A DNA stretch of 64,000 bases, taken from a virus. Of this stretch, positions 45,673-54,887 are shown piece by piece (within the stretch, counting starts at the first letter, position 1; each line of letters opens with the position of its first letter). The stretch covers positions 32,001 through 96,000 of IMG/VR virus record IMGVR_UViG_3300035660_000001; one strand, written 5' to 3'. The notes beneath the pieces were generated by a model that saw only the letters and a list, made by a program, of their open reading frames with translations, did no database searches and was not told the origin of the DNA. The position numbers and the translations under genes are program-made.

Positions 45673-46571
45673 AAATTCTAGTGACTGGTGGCGCTGGATT
45701 TATTGGAGCGCATCTCTGTCGAAGACTGCTTCGGGATGATCATGAAGTGGTCTGTGTGGACAATTTTTCTACTGGGGAGCGTAAAAACATCGAAGACTTG
45801 CTGGGTAACACAAGATTTGAATTATACCAGCAAGATGTCACTGTCCCATTCGATGAGGACTTCGAGCAGTGCTTTAGTCCAAATCAGATATACAACCTGG
45901 CGAGTCCTGCGGCTCCTGGTCAGTACCGGAAGGAGTCTCTGAATACCGTCATGACGAATGTCGTGGGAATGATCAACGTGCTTAACCTGGCTCGATCCAG
46001 CTCGGCCACCGTCCTTCAGGTGTCCACATCGAAGGTCCGGAACGTGATCGATAACTGCGGGCTGGACGGATGTTACATTGAAGGAAAGAGGTGCGCCGAG
46101 ACGATCTGTGTGGAATATCGCAACAAATTCGGGCTGGACGTGAGGATCGCACGGCTGTTTAACGTCTACGGCCCGGGGATGTCGTTGGAGGACTCTCGGG
46201 TCGTCCCGCAGTTCATCATGAGGGGCCTTGCTGGAAGACCTCTGGTCGTCTGGGGAGATGGTACGCAGGAGGATTTGTTTCTCTACGTCGACGACGCAGT
46301 GGAGGCTCTAATCCTACTGATGAACGATCCTCTTTACTCCGCTCCCACCTACATCGGAGGAAAGGCCAAGATAACCATTCGGGACTTAGCCGAGCTGGTC
46401 GACTCGCTGTTGCCGAACCGCTGTGGCATCTCGTTTGAGTTTAACGAGAACGCCGGGGCATTGGAAGTCATCGTGCCGCCTATTTTCGGGTCTCAGGCGG
46501 TTCCGCTCGTCGATGGAATCCAGAAGACCATCAGTTATTTTAAAAGTGCTCTTCAGGAGAAGGCATCATGA
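45669..46571 (+). CDS. NAD-dependent epimerase/decarboxylase, UDP-glucuronate decarboxylase-like (variant)
   Basis: VTGGAGFIG, YNLASPA, CYIEGKR, IARLFNVYGP, GDGTQ. Confidence 0.85.
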   Translation: MKILVTGGAGFIGAHLCRRLLRDDHEVVCVDNFSTGERKNIEDLLGNTRFELYQQDVTVPFDEDFEQCFSPNQIYNLASPAAPGQYRKESLNTVMTNVVGMINVLNLARSSSATVLQVSTSKVRNVIDNCGLDGCYIEGKRCAETICVEYRNKFGLDVRIARLFNVYGPGMSLEDSRVVPQFIMRGLAGRPLVVWGDGTQEDLFLYVDDAVEALILLMNDPLYSAPTYIGGKAKITIRDLAELVDSLLPNRCGISFEFNENAGALEVIVPPIFGSQAVPLVDGIQKTISYFKSALQEKAS

Positions 46572-46936
46572 CTCTTTTCAAGACTGTAGATTTCGGTCCG
46601 GGCTACGAGAGCCTGGGGACGGTCGGATATGTCCTTTACAATCCCAACGGGTCGGTGAAGCAGGTCCGGACGACGTCGGGCGTAGTCAACATATCCCAGG
46701 CGACCTACGGATGCAACATGACGCTAGACGCCGACTGGAAGGGGAGCATCGTGTGGGACACGGGAGGAGCGAGCCCTATCTATGCCTCCGACGATTTTAA
46801 CTACGCCGAGGCTTCTCTCGGGGTGGCCGGGGCGGTCTGGGATCAGCCGACGAGCGCGCATGTGGGTGCGGGATCGTTCGGGGAGTGGGTCAAGAACGGG
46901 CTGTTATCCTTCGCCAAGTTCATCGGGCTGAAATGA
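46568..46936 (+). CDS. Small structural protein
   Basis: TVGY.LYN..G; AVWD.....H...GSFG. Confidence 0.55.
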   Translation: MTLFKTVDFGPGYESLGTVGYVLYNPNGSVKQVRTTSGVVNISQATYGCNMTLDADWKGSIVWDTGGASPIYASDDFNYAEASLGVAGAVWDQPTSAHVGAGSFGEWVKNGLLSFAKFIGLK

Positions 46937-47040
46937 TACATCCCCTCCTCGACATGATGTGGGCGGACCACTGGACGATCCTGGCCCGGGTGATCATCAA
47001 CCTCAAATCCTTCATCGCAAAGTCATGGCCTCATTCCTGA
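46933..47040 (+). CDS. 35-aa peptide (not in track)
   Basis: ATGA overlap; MIHPLLDMMWADHWTILARVIINLKSFIAKSWPHS. Confidence 0.4.
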   Translation: MIHPLLDMMWADHWTILARVIINLKSFIAKSWPHS

Positions 47041-48350
47041 TCATGGACACGGCCCTGGCGATGGCTCTCGCCAAGAGGCTTCGAGATGAAGGCCACAAGG
47101 TCTTTTACTGGGTGAACTGGGCCCGGGCACACCCGGAGATTTACGAGACGACCTACGGCAAGGGACTCTTCGAGGAGTGGGGAGTCAAGAAAGTGGAAGG
47201 GTTTCTCGACATCGCTAAGTCCGTAGACTGCGTGGTTTCCACGGACGTCGGGTTCGGGCAGGAAGTGGACGGCCTCCGGGAAGACGGAATCAAGGTCTTT
47301 GGGGCCGGGGGAGGGATTGCCAAGTGGGAGCTCGACCGGAAGCTGGGAAAGCAGGTTATGCGGGACGCAGGGATCCAGACACCCCACTCAGAAGCCTTCC
47401 AGGACGTCAAGAAGGCCATCCAGACCGTCCAGAACGGCAAGGTGGGCTACTGCGTCAAGGTTTCCGAGATGTTGGCCAAGGGGACGTATGTCGGCAGGGC
47501 CGTGGACGACACGGTTGATTACCTCGAGAAGGTGAAGGAGAAGGCCGGGGACAAGGCTGATCTCATCCTCGAGGAGAAGGTCGAAGGCGTGGAGATGGCG
47601 ATCGGGGGGTTTTACGACGGGAAGAAGTTTGTCCGGCCTCTCTGCTTGAACTTCGAGGAGAAACGTCTCGTGGCCGGAGGGCAGGGGGCCCTCACGGGCG
47701 AGATGGGGACAAGCCTCCGTTACGTTCAGGGCGGGAAGCTCTTCGAGGAGACCCTGGCGAAGCTCGAGGGGCTGATGTCCGAGGGCGATCGCTTCCGGGG
47801 CTACTTCGACATTAACTGCATCGTAAACGAGGAAGGCGTCTTCGGAATTGAATTCACGTCCCGGTTCGGCTATCCCTTGCTTCTCATTCAGATGGCCTTG
47901 CATAAGGATGGCGTCGGAGATCTGCTTATGAAATGCGCCTTCGGGGAGAAGGATATCAGTCCCCAGATCATGCGGGGTTGGGCGGTCGGGGTGACCCTCA
48001 ACATCGGGTCTTATCCTTTCGACGAGTGCTTCCCCCAATACGACTGGGAGGTCGTGAACGGGATCCCCGAGGCCGAACAGAACGGTTGCGATCTCCAACC
48101 GTTCGGGCTTGTCCTCGAGGACGGGGTCTACAAAGTTCTCCCCGGCATGGGGCGGATTTTATGCTCAAATGGCGTGGATGAGAAACTTCCCGAGGCCCGA
48201 AGGAAGGCGCTTGATGCATTCGACTACGTCTCAGTGAACGATGGCCACTACCGGAACGATATCGGCATGCGGGTGACCTACGCCGGGGAGCGGCTCAAGA
48301 AGCTCGGCTACTTCGATGACGAGCTTCTGAAGAGCGTGGAGGAAGCATGA
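47025..48350 (+). CDS. PurD-like ATP-grasp ligase, copy B
   Basis: WELDR, EEKVEGVEMAIGGFYDG, NFEEK, LTGEMGT, EFTSRFGYP, YRNDIG. Confidence 0.85.
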   Translation: MASFLIMDTALAMALAKRLRDEGHKVFYWVNWARAHPEIYETTYGKGLFEEWGVKKVEGFLDIAKSVDCVVSTDVGFGQEVDGLREDGIKVFGAGGGIAKWELDRKLGKQVMRDAGIQTPHSEAFQDVKKAIQTVQNGKVGYCVKVSEMLAKGTYVGRAVDDTVDYLEKVKEKAGDKADLILEEKVEGVEMAIGGFYDGKKFVRPLCLNFEEKRLVAGGQGALTGEMGTSLRYVQGGKLFEETLAKLEGLMSEGDRFRGYFDINCIVNEEGVFGIEFTSRFGYPLLLIQMALHKDGVGDLLMKCAFGEKDISPQIMRGWAVGVTLNIGSYPFDECFPQYDWEVVNGIPEAEQNGCDLQPFGLVLEDGVYKVLPGMGRILCSNGVDEKLPEARRKALDAFDYVSVNDGHYRNDIGMRVTYAGERLKKLGYFDDELLKSVEEA

Positions 48351-48634
48351 AGTCCATGCCCTTCGGGTCCAGGCTCAACAAGGCGACCTACCAGACAATA
48401 GGCAACGTCGCCTTCTGGGATTCGGACTTCGTCGACGTGGCCGGGAATACGGATGATCTCTTCGTAGCCTTCACCGGAGGGGATCGGCTTGACTTTATTG
48501 CCCACCGGGCTTACGGGACCGTCCACGGCTGGTGGGTGATCGCATCGATCAACCGGATCCAGCTTCCGGTGACCGACCTGCAGGCCGGGGATCTCCTGCG
48601 GATCCCGTCCTTTGCGAAGTTCGGGGCGATATGA
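48347..48634 (+). CDS. Baseplate LysM-like protein (tail X/gp53-like)
   Basis: GDRLDFIAHRAYG....WWVIASIN.I......L.AGD.LRIP. Confidence 0.8.
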   Translation: MKSMPFGSRLNKATYQTIGNVAFWDSDFVDVAGNTDDLFVAFTGGDRLDFIAHRAYGTVHGWWVIASINRIQLPVTDLQAGDLLRIPSFAKFGAI

Positions 48635-49875
48635 AGATTGACTACGATTTCACCACGCCCTTCTGGGAGGTTAGTTTTCTCCGTCCTGTGATCGGAAATA
48701 ACGAGGCACTCGATTGTCCCCGGAAGTTTAAATACGAGAAGCGATGGAATGAGGGGGACCAGACTTTTCCCTCCTTCCGTCCCTACATCGATGAGATGAG
48801 AGTAAACTACCGATTTGCCGATGGACTCTATGGGGGGATTTTTAGCGGCTCGATATCCTTGAGGCCGGATATCGAAACGATTCAGAAGTTCATGACCGAC
48901 CCCGACTCGTGGTGGAAGTGGCTGACCGGGATCCGGTTTCGCTTCGGCTATCGGGGTCCGAGCCCGAATGCCGCGACACTTCCCATTACGGCTTTTGCAA
49001 CAAACCCCAAAGGAGGACTTTCTCTAAGTCCGGATATCGGCTTCGAGTTCTCCTATATGGGTACTGGTTTTCGGATCGGAGTGGAGGAGGGAATTGTCCT
49101 GAAGGGGACGCAAACCGTAGAAAAGTTCCTATCGCAAATCGTGGATGCTTTCGATCTCAATGCCGACTTCTCCGAAGAAACCCAATCGATTATGAGCCAG
49201 TCGATTGCCCTCAAAGATGAAATCTCTTGGAAGAGGGGATCTAGGCTTCAGGACGTTTTGAATGCGTTCTTTAGTAAATTCACTCCCGACCTCGACTATA
49301 CCGTCATGCCGGGGGAATCCGATACTGATGAGAAGCCCTGGCTGAAAATATTTAAGAGGCCAGATAAGAAAGCAACATCCATCCCGAAGCCGGAAGTTAT
49401 GTTCGTCTGGGGAAGGCCGATCAACCTGCAGGCCGATCCTCCGGTTCTCCCGATTGAGGACTTCGAGACCGAGACGAACTGGAACTTCTTTACCAGGGCG
49501 TTCGCAAAATTAGAAGCCTCCGACGATGTTAACTATCTCACAAAAGCGAGAATGCAAGCCACCAGACGGATGAGGGCGAAGGTTCTTTACGATGCCTTCC
49601 CGGCTCGGGATCAAGCGACTCTATCGAAGAACGACGATGCCGCACAGAAGTTCGGAGATGCTGGACTCGTGTTGAAGGTTGCGGTGACTGTTCCTTCTAT
49701 TCCTCTTCTGCCAATCGGAGCGGCCGCTGGACTTATGATCGGGAATAATTTTATCGGAGGGCAAAACTCTCCCTGGCAGATATGGCAGGTTGAGCATACC
49801 CTTTCGAAATCCGGATTTAAATGCAAGGTTCACCTTCATGCCCGCCCGGTGTGGGCGGATGCGCTCGGGGGTTAG
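48631..49875 (+). CDS. Baseplate hub protein (gp27/GpD-like)
   Basis: RFGY, W.I..VEH.LS.SGF; lies between LysM-like gene and spike. Confidence 0.6.
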   Translation: MKIDYDFTTPFWEVSFLRPVIGNNEALDCPRKFKYEKRWNEGDQTFPSFRPYIDEMRVNYRFADGLYGGIFSGSISLRPDIETIQKFMTDPDSWWKWLTGIRFRFGYRGPSPNAATLPITAFATNPKGGLSLSPDIGFEFSYMGTGFRIGVEEGIVLKGTQTVEKFLSQIVDAFDLNADFSEETQSIMSQSIALKDEISWKRGSRLQDVLNAFFSKFTPDLDYTVMPGESDTDEKPWLKIFKRPDKKATSIPKPEVMFVWGRPINLQADPPVLPIEDFETETNWNFFTRAFAKLEASDDVNYLTKARMQATRRMRAKVLYDAFPARDQATLSKNDDAAQKFGDAGLVLKVAVTVPSIPLLPIGAAAGLMIGNNFIGGQNSPWQIWQVEHTLSKSGFKCKVHLHARPVWADALGG

Positions 49876-49877
49876 CG

Positions 49878-50684
49878 GTGGGAGCACTCGGAGAACTGTG
49901 GAATACAATCGCCACGAGGGGCTTGGAGGCTCTTGGTCGTTTCTACAGCGTCTACCGGGCGAAGGTCGTCGATAACAAAGATCCCGACTTCCTGGGTCGG
50001 ATTAAGGTTAGCTGTCCCTACATGAACCGGGGGGCCGACCTTCCGCAGTGGGTCGTTCCCATGCCCTCCTTTGCGGGAGCAGATCACGGGATTATCTTCG
50101 TGCCGGAGATCGGGGAAGGTGTTTGGATTAAGTTCGAGCGGGGCGATAAGGACTACCCGATGTATACCGCCCAATGGTGGGGAACGGGTGAGATGCCTGC
50201 GGACTTCAAGAAGAACCCGCCGACTGCCCGGGGGATCAGGACGAAGGCCAAGCACCAGCTCCTCTTCGATGACGATCCGGCCAAGCTCAAGGTCGAGCTC
50301 CGGACGTCCAAAGGCCACATCATCCAGGTGGACGAGATTGCCGAGACCCTTCTGATCAAAACGGTCAAGGGGATGAAGATGCTCTTCGAGGATAAGACCA
50401 AGAAGATCACGGTCACGGATGCCGGAGGGGACACCCTCACGATGTCCAACGGGGCGACGAAGATCGTCTGCAAGACCGCCCAGGTCGAAGCGAGTGCTAA
50501 GGCTTATATCAATAGCCCGAACGTCATTCTCGGAGGAACGTCCGGTGGACCGACGGAAAGAATTCTGAGGTATAAGGACATGGATAAGTTTAAGTGCCCG
50601 ATAACGAAGCAGGGTCACAACAAGGCGCCTATCCAGATTCCTCCGATTCCGGTTGGGTCTGGACCGGCAAAGGCGGTGGACTGA
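49878..50684 (+). CDS. Baseplate spike (gpV/gp5 OB-fold)
   Basis: YRAKVVDNKDP..LGRIKV, FVPEIGEGVWIKFE.GD, beta-repeat C-terminus. Confidence 0.9.
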   Translation: MGALGELWNTIATRGLEALGRFYSVYRAKVVDNKDPDFLGRIKVSCPYMNRGADLPQWVVPMPSFAGADHGIIFVPEIGEGVWIKFERGDKDYPMYTAQWWGTGEMPADFKKNPPTARGIRTKAKHQLLFDDDPAKLKVELRTSKGHIIQVDEIAETLLIKTVKGMKMLFEDKTKKITVTDAGGDTLTMSNGATKIVCKTAQVEASAKAYINSPNVILGGTSGGPTERILRYKDMDKFKCPITKQGHNKAPIQIPPIPVGSGPAKAVD

Positions 50685-50953
50685 TGGCACTCAATAGCGC
50701 CCGTCTCGGGGAAGCAATGAAGACCAAGATGGTGGGTGTTTCCGGCGGTGCAAGCATCGAAGAGGTGCTCGGACAGCTTGGATTGGCCTTAGCACAGGCC
50801 GTCGTCGAGGAGATTAACGCCCATGCGGAAATCCGAACGACCGGGACTGTGATTGCCGCGATAACCGGAGCCGGAGGTGGCGTTCCCGGACCGATACAAG
50901 GGACGACGATCGCCCCGGCCCAGGTGATTCTGCCGGAGGGATGCGTCAAATGA
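50684..50953 (+). CDS. Small spike-associated protein
   Basis: TGATG overlap; MALN..RL...LA.AVV.EI. Confidence 0.5.
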   Translation: MALNSARLGEAMKTKMVGVSGGASIEEVLGQLGLALAQAVVEEINAHAEIRTTGTVIAAITGAGGGVPGPIQGTTIAPAQVILPEGCVK

Positions 50954-51234
50954 TGATCAAGGCTGATCTCATTCAGGCGATCAAGACGTTAGTCGATTCC
51001 CGGGGAGAGCAGTGGACGAGGCTTGGTCTCAGCTCTGCCGGGTATGCCTGGGGGACGGACAAGGGCATGGACGCTATTCTCGAAGTGATAGTGGATGCCC
51101 ACAATGCTGATCTGGCCTTGCTCGACCAGATAAAGGCTAAACTTAACGAGCTAATCGACCAGCATAATCAGCTTCTGGCCGACCACAACAACAGCGTGAT
51201 TCCGTCGACTGCCCAAACGGTTCAGAGGATTTAA
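50950..51234 (+). CDS. Hypothetical coiled-coil protein
   Basis: Overlapping start and stop codons. Confidence 0.5.
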   Translation: MMIKADLIQAIKTLVDSRGEQWTRLGLSSAGYAWGTDKGMDAILEVIVDAHNADLALLDQIKAKLNELIDQHNQLLADHNNSVIPSTAQTVQRI

Positions 51235-51719
51235 TGCTGTTAGCAAACGATATCCATTATCTCACGAACCTCCTCTCCGGAGCAACCCCGGGTCGGATGT
51301 TCCTTCTGCTTGAGGAGCGATCGCTGAAGGAGCTACAGGGCGGCACCCCGAAGAAGATCAAGGGCCGGGCGGCGGATATCATCCCAATAATTCAGACGAT
51401 CACCCGGGACGGGCGATACATCTACAAGACCGTTACCCTGGCGAACGGGAATACCCACCAGTGCTGGGTGATGTCTTTCCCTCCGGACAGCAAGAAGCCT
51501 CTCCGGAGCATGACGCAGGACGTCCTCGTGTGGTGCGACTGCCCTTATTTTACCTATCACCTCGAGGTCGCCTTAACGCAGGACAATGCCAGCGTGATCG
51601 CCTACAGCAACGGTGCGGATCCCGTCGTGCGGAATCCCGGCAAGAGGAAGTATCTCTGTAAACACCTCTACGCCGTCCTTCGGGATATCAAAGACCGGGT
51701 CGGGGGCAAGGAGAAGTAG
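51234..51719 (+). CDS. SWIM zinc-finger protein
   Basis: CDCPYF...NP....LCKHLYAV. Confidence 0.75.
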   Translation: MLLANDIHYLTNLLSGATPGRMFLLLEERSLKELQGGTPKKIKGRAADIIPIIQTITRDGRYIYKTVTLANGNTHQCWVMSFPPDSKKPLRSMTQDVLVWCDCPYFTYHLEVALTQDNASVIAYSNGADPVVRNPGKRKYLCKHLYAVLRDIKDRVGGKEK

Positions 51720-51721
51720 AG

Positions 51722-52096
51722 ATGTGGAATGGCCTCTCGTTTCCGTTCCGGAAAGCCGGAGATGGATTTCCCCCGGCCAGCCAGGGGGATAGCCACATCT
51801 GGGAGAGCATCCAGCAGATCCTCTTGACCCGGAGAGGCGAGCGGGTGATGAACCCGGAGTTCGGGTCCAACCTTCAGGATATCGTCTTTGAAAATAACGA
51901 TGACGACATGGCTGTGGCTATGGGGGTCTTTGAGATCAAACAGTCCCTTGCCCGGTGGGAGCCTCGGATCAACATCATCGACGTGCAGGGGACGTCCGAT
52001 CCTGTCACAGGCTACGTCAATTTTGTAATTGAATATGAGGTCGCCGGGAATCGCTACGGCAATAATCTTCCCGTAGAAAGGTCGGTAGTGATATGA
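51722..52096 (+). CDS. Baseplate wedge protein (gp25/GPW)
   Basis: GLSFPF, ILLTRRGERVMNPEFGS, WEPRI. Confidence 0.92.
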   Translation: MWNGLSFPFRKAGDGFPPASQGDSHIWESIQQILLTRRGERVMNPEFGSNLQDIVFENNDDDMAVAMGVFEIKQSLARWEPRINIIDVQGTSDPVTGYVNFVIEYEVAGNRYGNNLPVERSVVI

Positions 52097-53868
52097 TCAT
52101 AGACGTCAGAGAGCTTTCATCTTTTCCGGACGATCCGCAGGACTACGATATCGTTTATCTCGCCCCGTCCGGAACGACCTATGTGTTCGTTTCGGGGTCG
52201 GGTTGGGTCGAGAAGACGTTTGACGCCCGTCTGCCGAGTGAGTTTCAGATGCGGGATCCCCTTACAAGGGTTTCCTACTACGGGCGGGACTACCAGACGA
52301 TCCTCGACGAGATGCAGGCGTGGCTGAGGGTGAAGTATCAGGACACCTACCAGGACTTCCTGGACAGCGATATGGGCGTGATGCTCATGCAGTTAATAGC
52401 CTACGTCGGAGATGGCCTGGCGTGGTATCAGGACTTCAAGGCCTCGGAAGCCTTTATCGGGACGGCTTCCCTCCGCAAGAACGTGGGTCGGGGAGCGTGG
52501 AATCTCGGCTACAAGGTTGGCCGGGCGATCGCCGCCCGGGCGGCGGTAACGATCGCTCTTACGCAGACCTACACCTTCGACGTGGTCATCCCGAGCGGGA
52601 CAGCCTGTGCGGGTCCAAACGACCTGCAGTTTACTCTGAACGATGACGTAAAGTTCTATACGGGAGAGCTCGTTCTTCGCCCGGTCGAAGCGGTGAAGGC
52701 TACCGTTACCGAAGGGCAGGTCATCCGCATGGCCTTTATCTCGGACGAAAGTTCCAATCAGAAATTCCCCCTCTCCGATCACCCCGCAGAAAAGTTCGTA
52801 GCCCAGGGAACGATGCTGGTTACGGTCGACGGCGTTCACTGGATGGAGCAGGATTACTGGACGTTCGACGGGACGAATCATTGCATCGTGGACTATAATG
52901 ATTCGCCGCCGACGCTCAAGTTCGGAGATGGGGTAAGCGCCCCTATCCCTCGGGACGGGGCGCAGATTGAAGTCTCTTGGAGGGCTTGTTCCGGAGCCTT
53001 GGGAAACGCGAAGAGCGCCTCCATCACGTCTTTCAAATCGCCCGTCTACGTCAAAGGGACGGAAATCCGGGCTACTCTCAACAACGTCCTCGGGGCTTCG
53101 GGAGGCGCCGACGAGGAGGACACCCGCCACGTCAAGGTTTACGCCCCCCGGATTTTCCTTACCAAAGACCGTGCGGTCACGATCGGGGACTACGAGACCC
53201 TCGCTATGAACTACGTCGACGTAGAGGGAAGCCTTGCGAGGGCCCGGGGCGTGGTGGTCAAGCAGGTTTTGGATGATGCCTACCTGCAGGGGCTTTTGAA
53301 TTTGATCACGGATGCCGGGACAAAGGCCGCCCTCACGAACTACCTTACCGGGATCATCGCCTCGGGTCGGGACGTGAATCTTATCAAGCTCTACGTTCTG
53401 TCTCTGGATGGCAGTGGGACCTATGTCGATCCGTCGACGAACTTCATGAACCGACTGTCCGATTATCTCGAGACGAAGAAGGTCGCCACCGTCGTGGTTC
53501 AAATTGTGGCCGGATCGACGCTCCTGCGGTTGGTGAATATCACCATCCAAATCGGAGTGCTCGATAACTACAACGCCGGGGACGTGATCTCCGCCGTGAA
53601 TGCCGCAGTGCAGGAGCTTCTCAAGAACAGGAACTTCGGAATTGCTCTGCGGGCCTCGCACGTTTATGAGGCCGCTCAGGAGGTCGCCGGTGTGGACTAC
53701 GTTCGGGTTACGCTCAGTCTTCCCGTGGGATCGACCGGGGTGAAGATGGACAGCGGGGACGCCATCCCTGATCCGCAGTATATCCTGGTGGCCGGGACCG
53801 TTAGCATCACCGGGACAATTAGGCCGAGGAATACACAGCCGCCTCGGGATATCAGGGCGACTTACTAA
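52093..53868 (+). CDS. Baseplate J / gp6-like wedge protein
   Basis: RDYQTI, DF..SD.G, LGYK, FGDG....IP, ASGGADEE, RAVT..DYE. Confidence 0.9.
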   Translation: MIIDVRELSSFPDDPQDYDIVYLAPSGTTYVFVSGSGWVEKTFDARLPSEFQMRDPLTRVSYYGRDYQTILDEMQAWLRVKYQDTYQDFLDSDMGVMLMQLIAYVGDGLAWYQDFKASEAFIGTASLRKNVGRGAWNLGYKVGRAIAARAAVTIALTQTYTFDVVIPSGTACAGPNDLQFTLNDDVKFYTGELVLRPVEAVKATVTEGQVIRMAFISDESSNQKFPLSDHPAEKFVAQGTMLVTVDGVHWMEQDYWTFDGTNHCIVDYNDSPPTLKFGDGVSAPIPRDGAQIEVSWRACSGALGNAKSASITSFKSPVYVKGTEIRATLNNVLGASGGADEEDTRHVKVYAPRIFLTKDRAVTIGDYETLAMNYVDVEGSLARARGVVVKQVLDDAYLQGLLNLITDAGTKAALTNYLTGIIASGRDVNLIKLYVLSLDGSGTYVDPSTNFMNRLSDYLETKKVATVVVQIVAGSTLLRLVNITIQIGVLDNYNAGDVISAVNAAVQELLKNRNFGIALRASHVYEAAQEVAGVDYVRVTLSLPVGSTGVKMDSGDAIPDPQYILVAGTVSITGTIRPRNTQPPRDIRATY

Positions 53869-53877
53869 GGAGGGAGA

Positions 53878-54300
53878 ATGCCGACCACTCAGAAGTGTCT
53901 TTTCGTCTATCCCCCTGAAGGAGATACCTCCTCGTATGCTACGCTAGAGAACCTCTTTCGGGCTTTCGACCAGTTCACCTACGGGAGTTACCGGAATCAT
54001 GGCCTCATTCCCATCCAGGATGGAGGGTTCGCCTACTCGAGCGGGGCCGCGACAGTCTCGTGGACGGAGGCTAAGTGGTTCAATCCCTTCAGCGGGCAGG
54101 TCTTGACTCTTGCCGCAGGAAGCATCGCCGTTGAGGATGGGCAGTGTCTCTACTTCAAAGTCTACGACACTTCCCTCGTCTTGTATGCGGGGTCCGTCGT
54201 TCCCGTCGAGAGCACGATCTACGTGCTGGGTGTTCGATGGGGGAATGCCTTCCTTGTTATTCCGGGTCGTCTGGCCGTCACAAATCTTCCGGCGCCATAA
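53878..54300 (+). CDS. Hypothetical tail protein
   Basis: AGGAGG RBS; position in baseplate module. Confidence 0.55.
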   Translation: MPTTQKCLFVYPPEGDTSSYATLENLFRAFDQFTYGSYRNHGLIPIQDGGFAYSSGAATVSWTEAKWFNPFSGQVLTLAAGSIAVEDGQCLYFKVYDTSLVLYAGSVVPVESTIYVLGVRWGNAFLVIPGRLAVTNLPAP

Positions 54301-54314
54301 TAGGAGGAGGAACC

Positions 54315-54887
54315 ATGTTAAACATTGCCGAGTATATCGTCCTTCATCACTCGTTCTCCCCGGATAACAATGTCACGTCCGACTGGGAGGGGATCAGAAA
54401 ATACCACAAGAGCTGGCGGTTCGATGGAAAGATCGTTACTCCGGAGATCGGGAAACAGCTCCAGGCGCAGGGGAAGCATGTCGAGGGTCCCTGGTCGGAT
54501 ATCGGCTATCACGGCGGCTTGGAGTTCGTCGACGGCAAACTCAGCTGGCGACGGGGGAGAATCTTCTGGACCGGTGGAAGCCATGCTCTTGGGTTCAACG
54601 ACCGGAGCCTGGGCTTCGTGGCGATCGGGGATTACGATCACAACCCCGTCCCGGATCCCGTGTGGCAGGGAATGCTCAAGATGGTTTTCGCCACCTGTTT
54701 CCTTTCCGGGATCCACATCTCGAACGTCCTCGGCCACAGGGAGACTTATGTGATGTTACATAAGCCCGTCGAGAAGCAATGCCCGGGGGCAAACTGGGAT
54801 ATGGACAAGTTCAGGGCCGATCTGAAGGCTATGCAACCGAACATCGAACAAATCATGGGGGTGTGTTATGGAGAAGGCGACTTATAA
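54315..54887 (+). CDS. N-acetylmuramoyl-L-alanine amidase (endolysin, amidase_2)
   Basis: IVLHHS, DIGYH, GSHA.G.N..SLG, GHRE, K.CPG. Confidence 0.88.
   Translation: MLNIAEYIVLHHSFSPDNNVTSDWEGIRKYHKSWRFDGKIVTPEIGKQLQAQGKHVEGPWSDIGYHGGLEFVDGKLSWRRGRIFWTGGSHALGFNDRSLGFVAIGDYDHNPVPDPVWQGMLKMVFATCFLSGIHISNVLGHRETYVMLHKPVEKQCPGANWDMDKFRADLKAMQPNIEQIMGVCYGEGDL

Noticed and set aside
37300-48350. Calling the ATP-grasp genes purD (auxiliary purine metabolism)
   Set aside because: PurD signature residues are altered and the context is structural.
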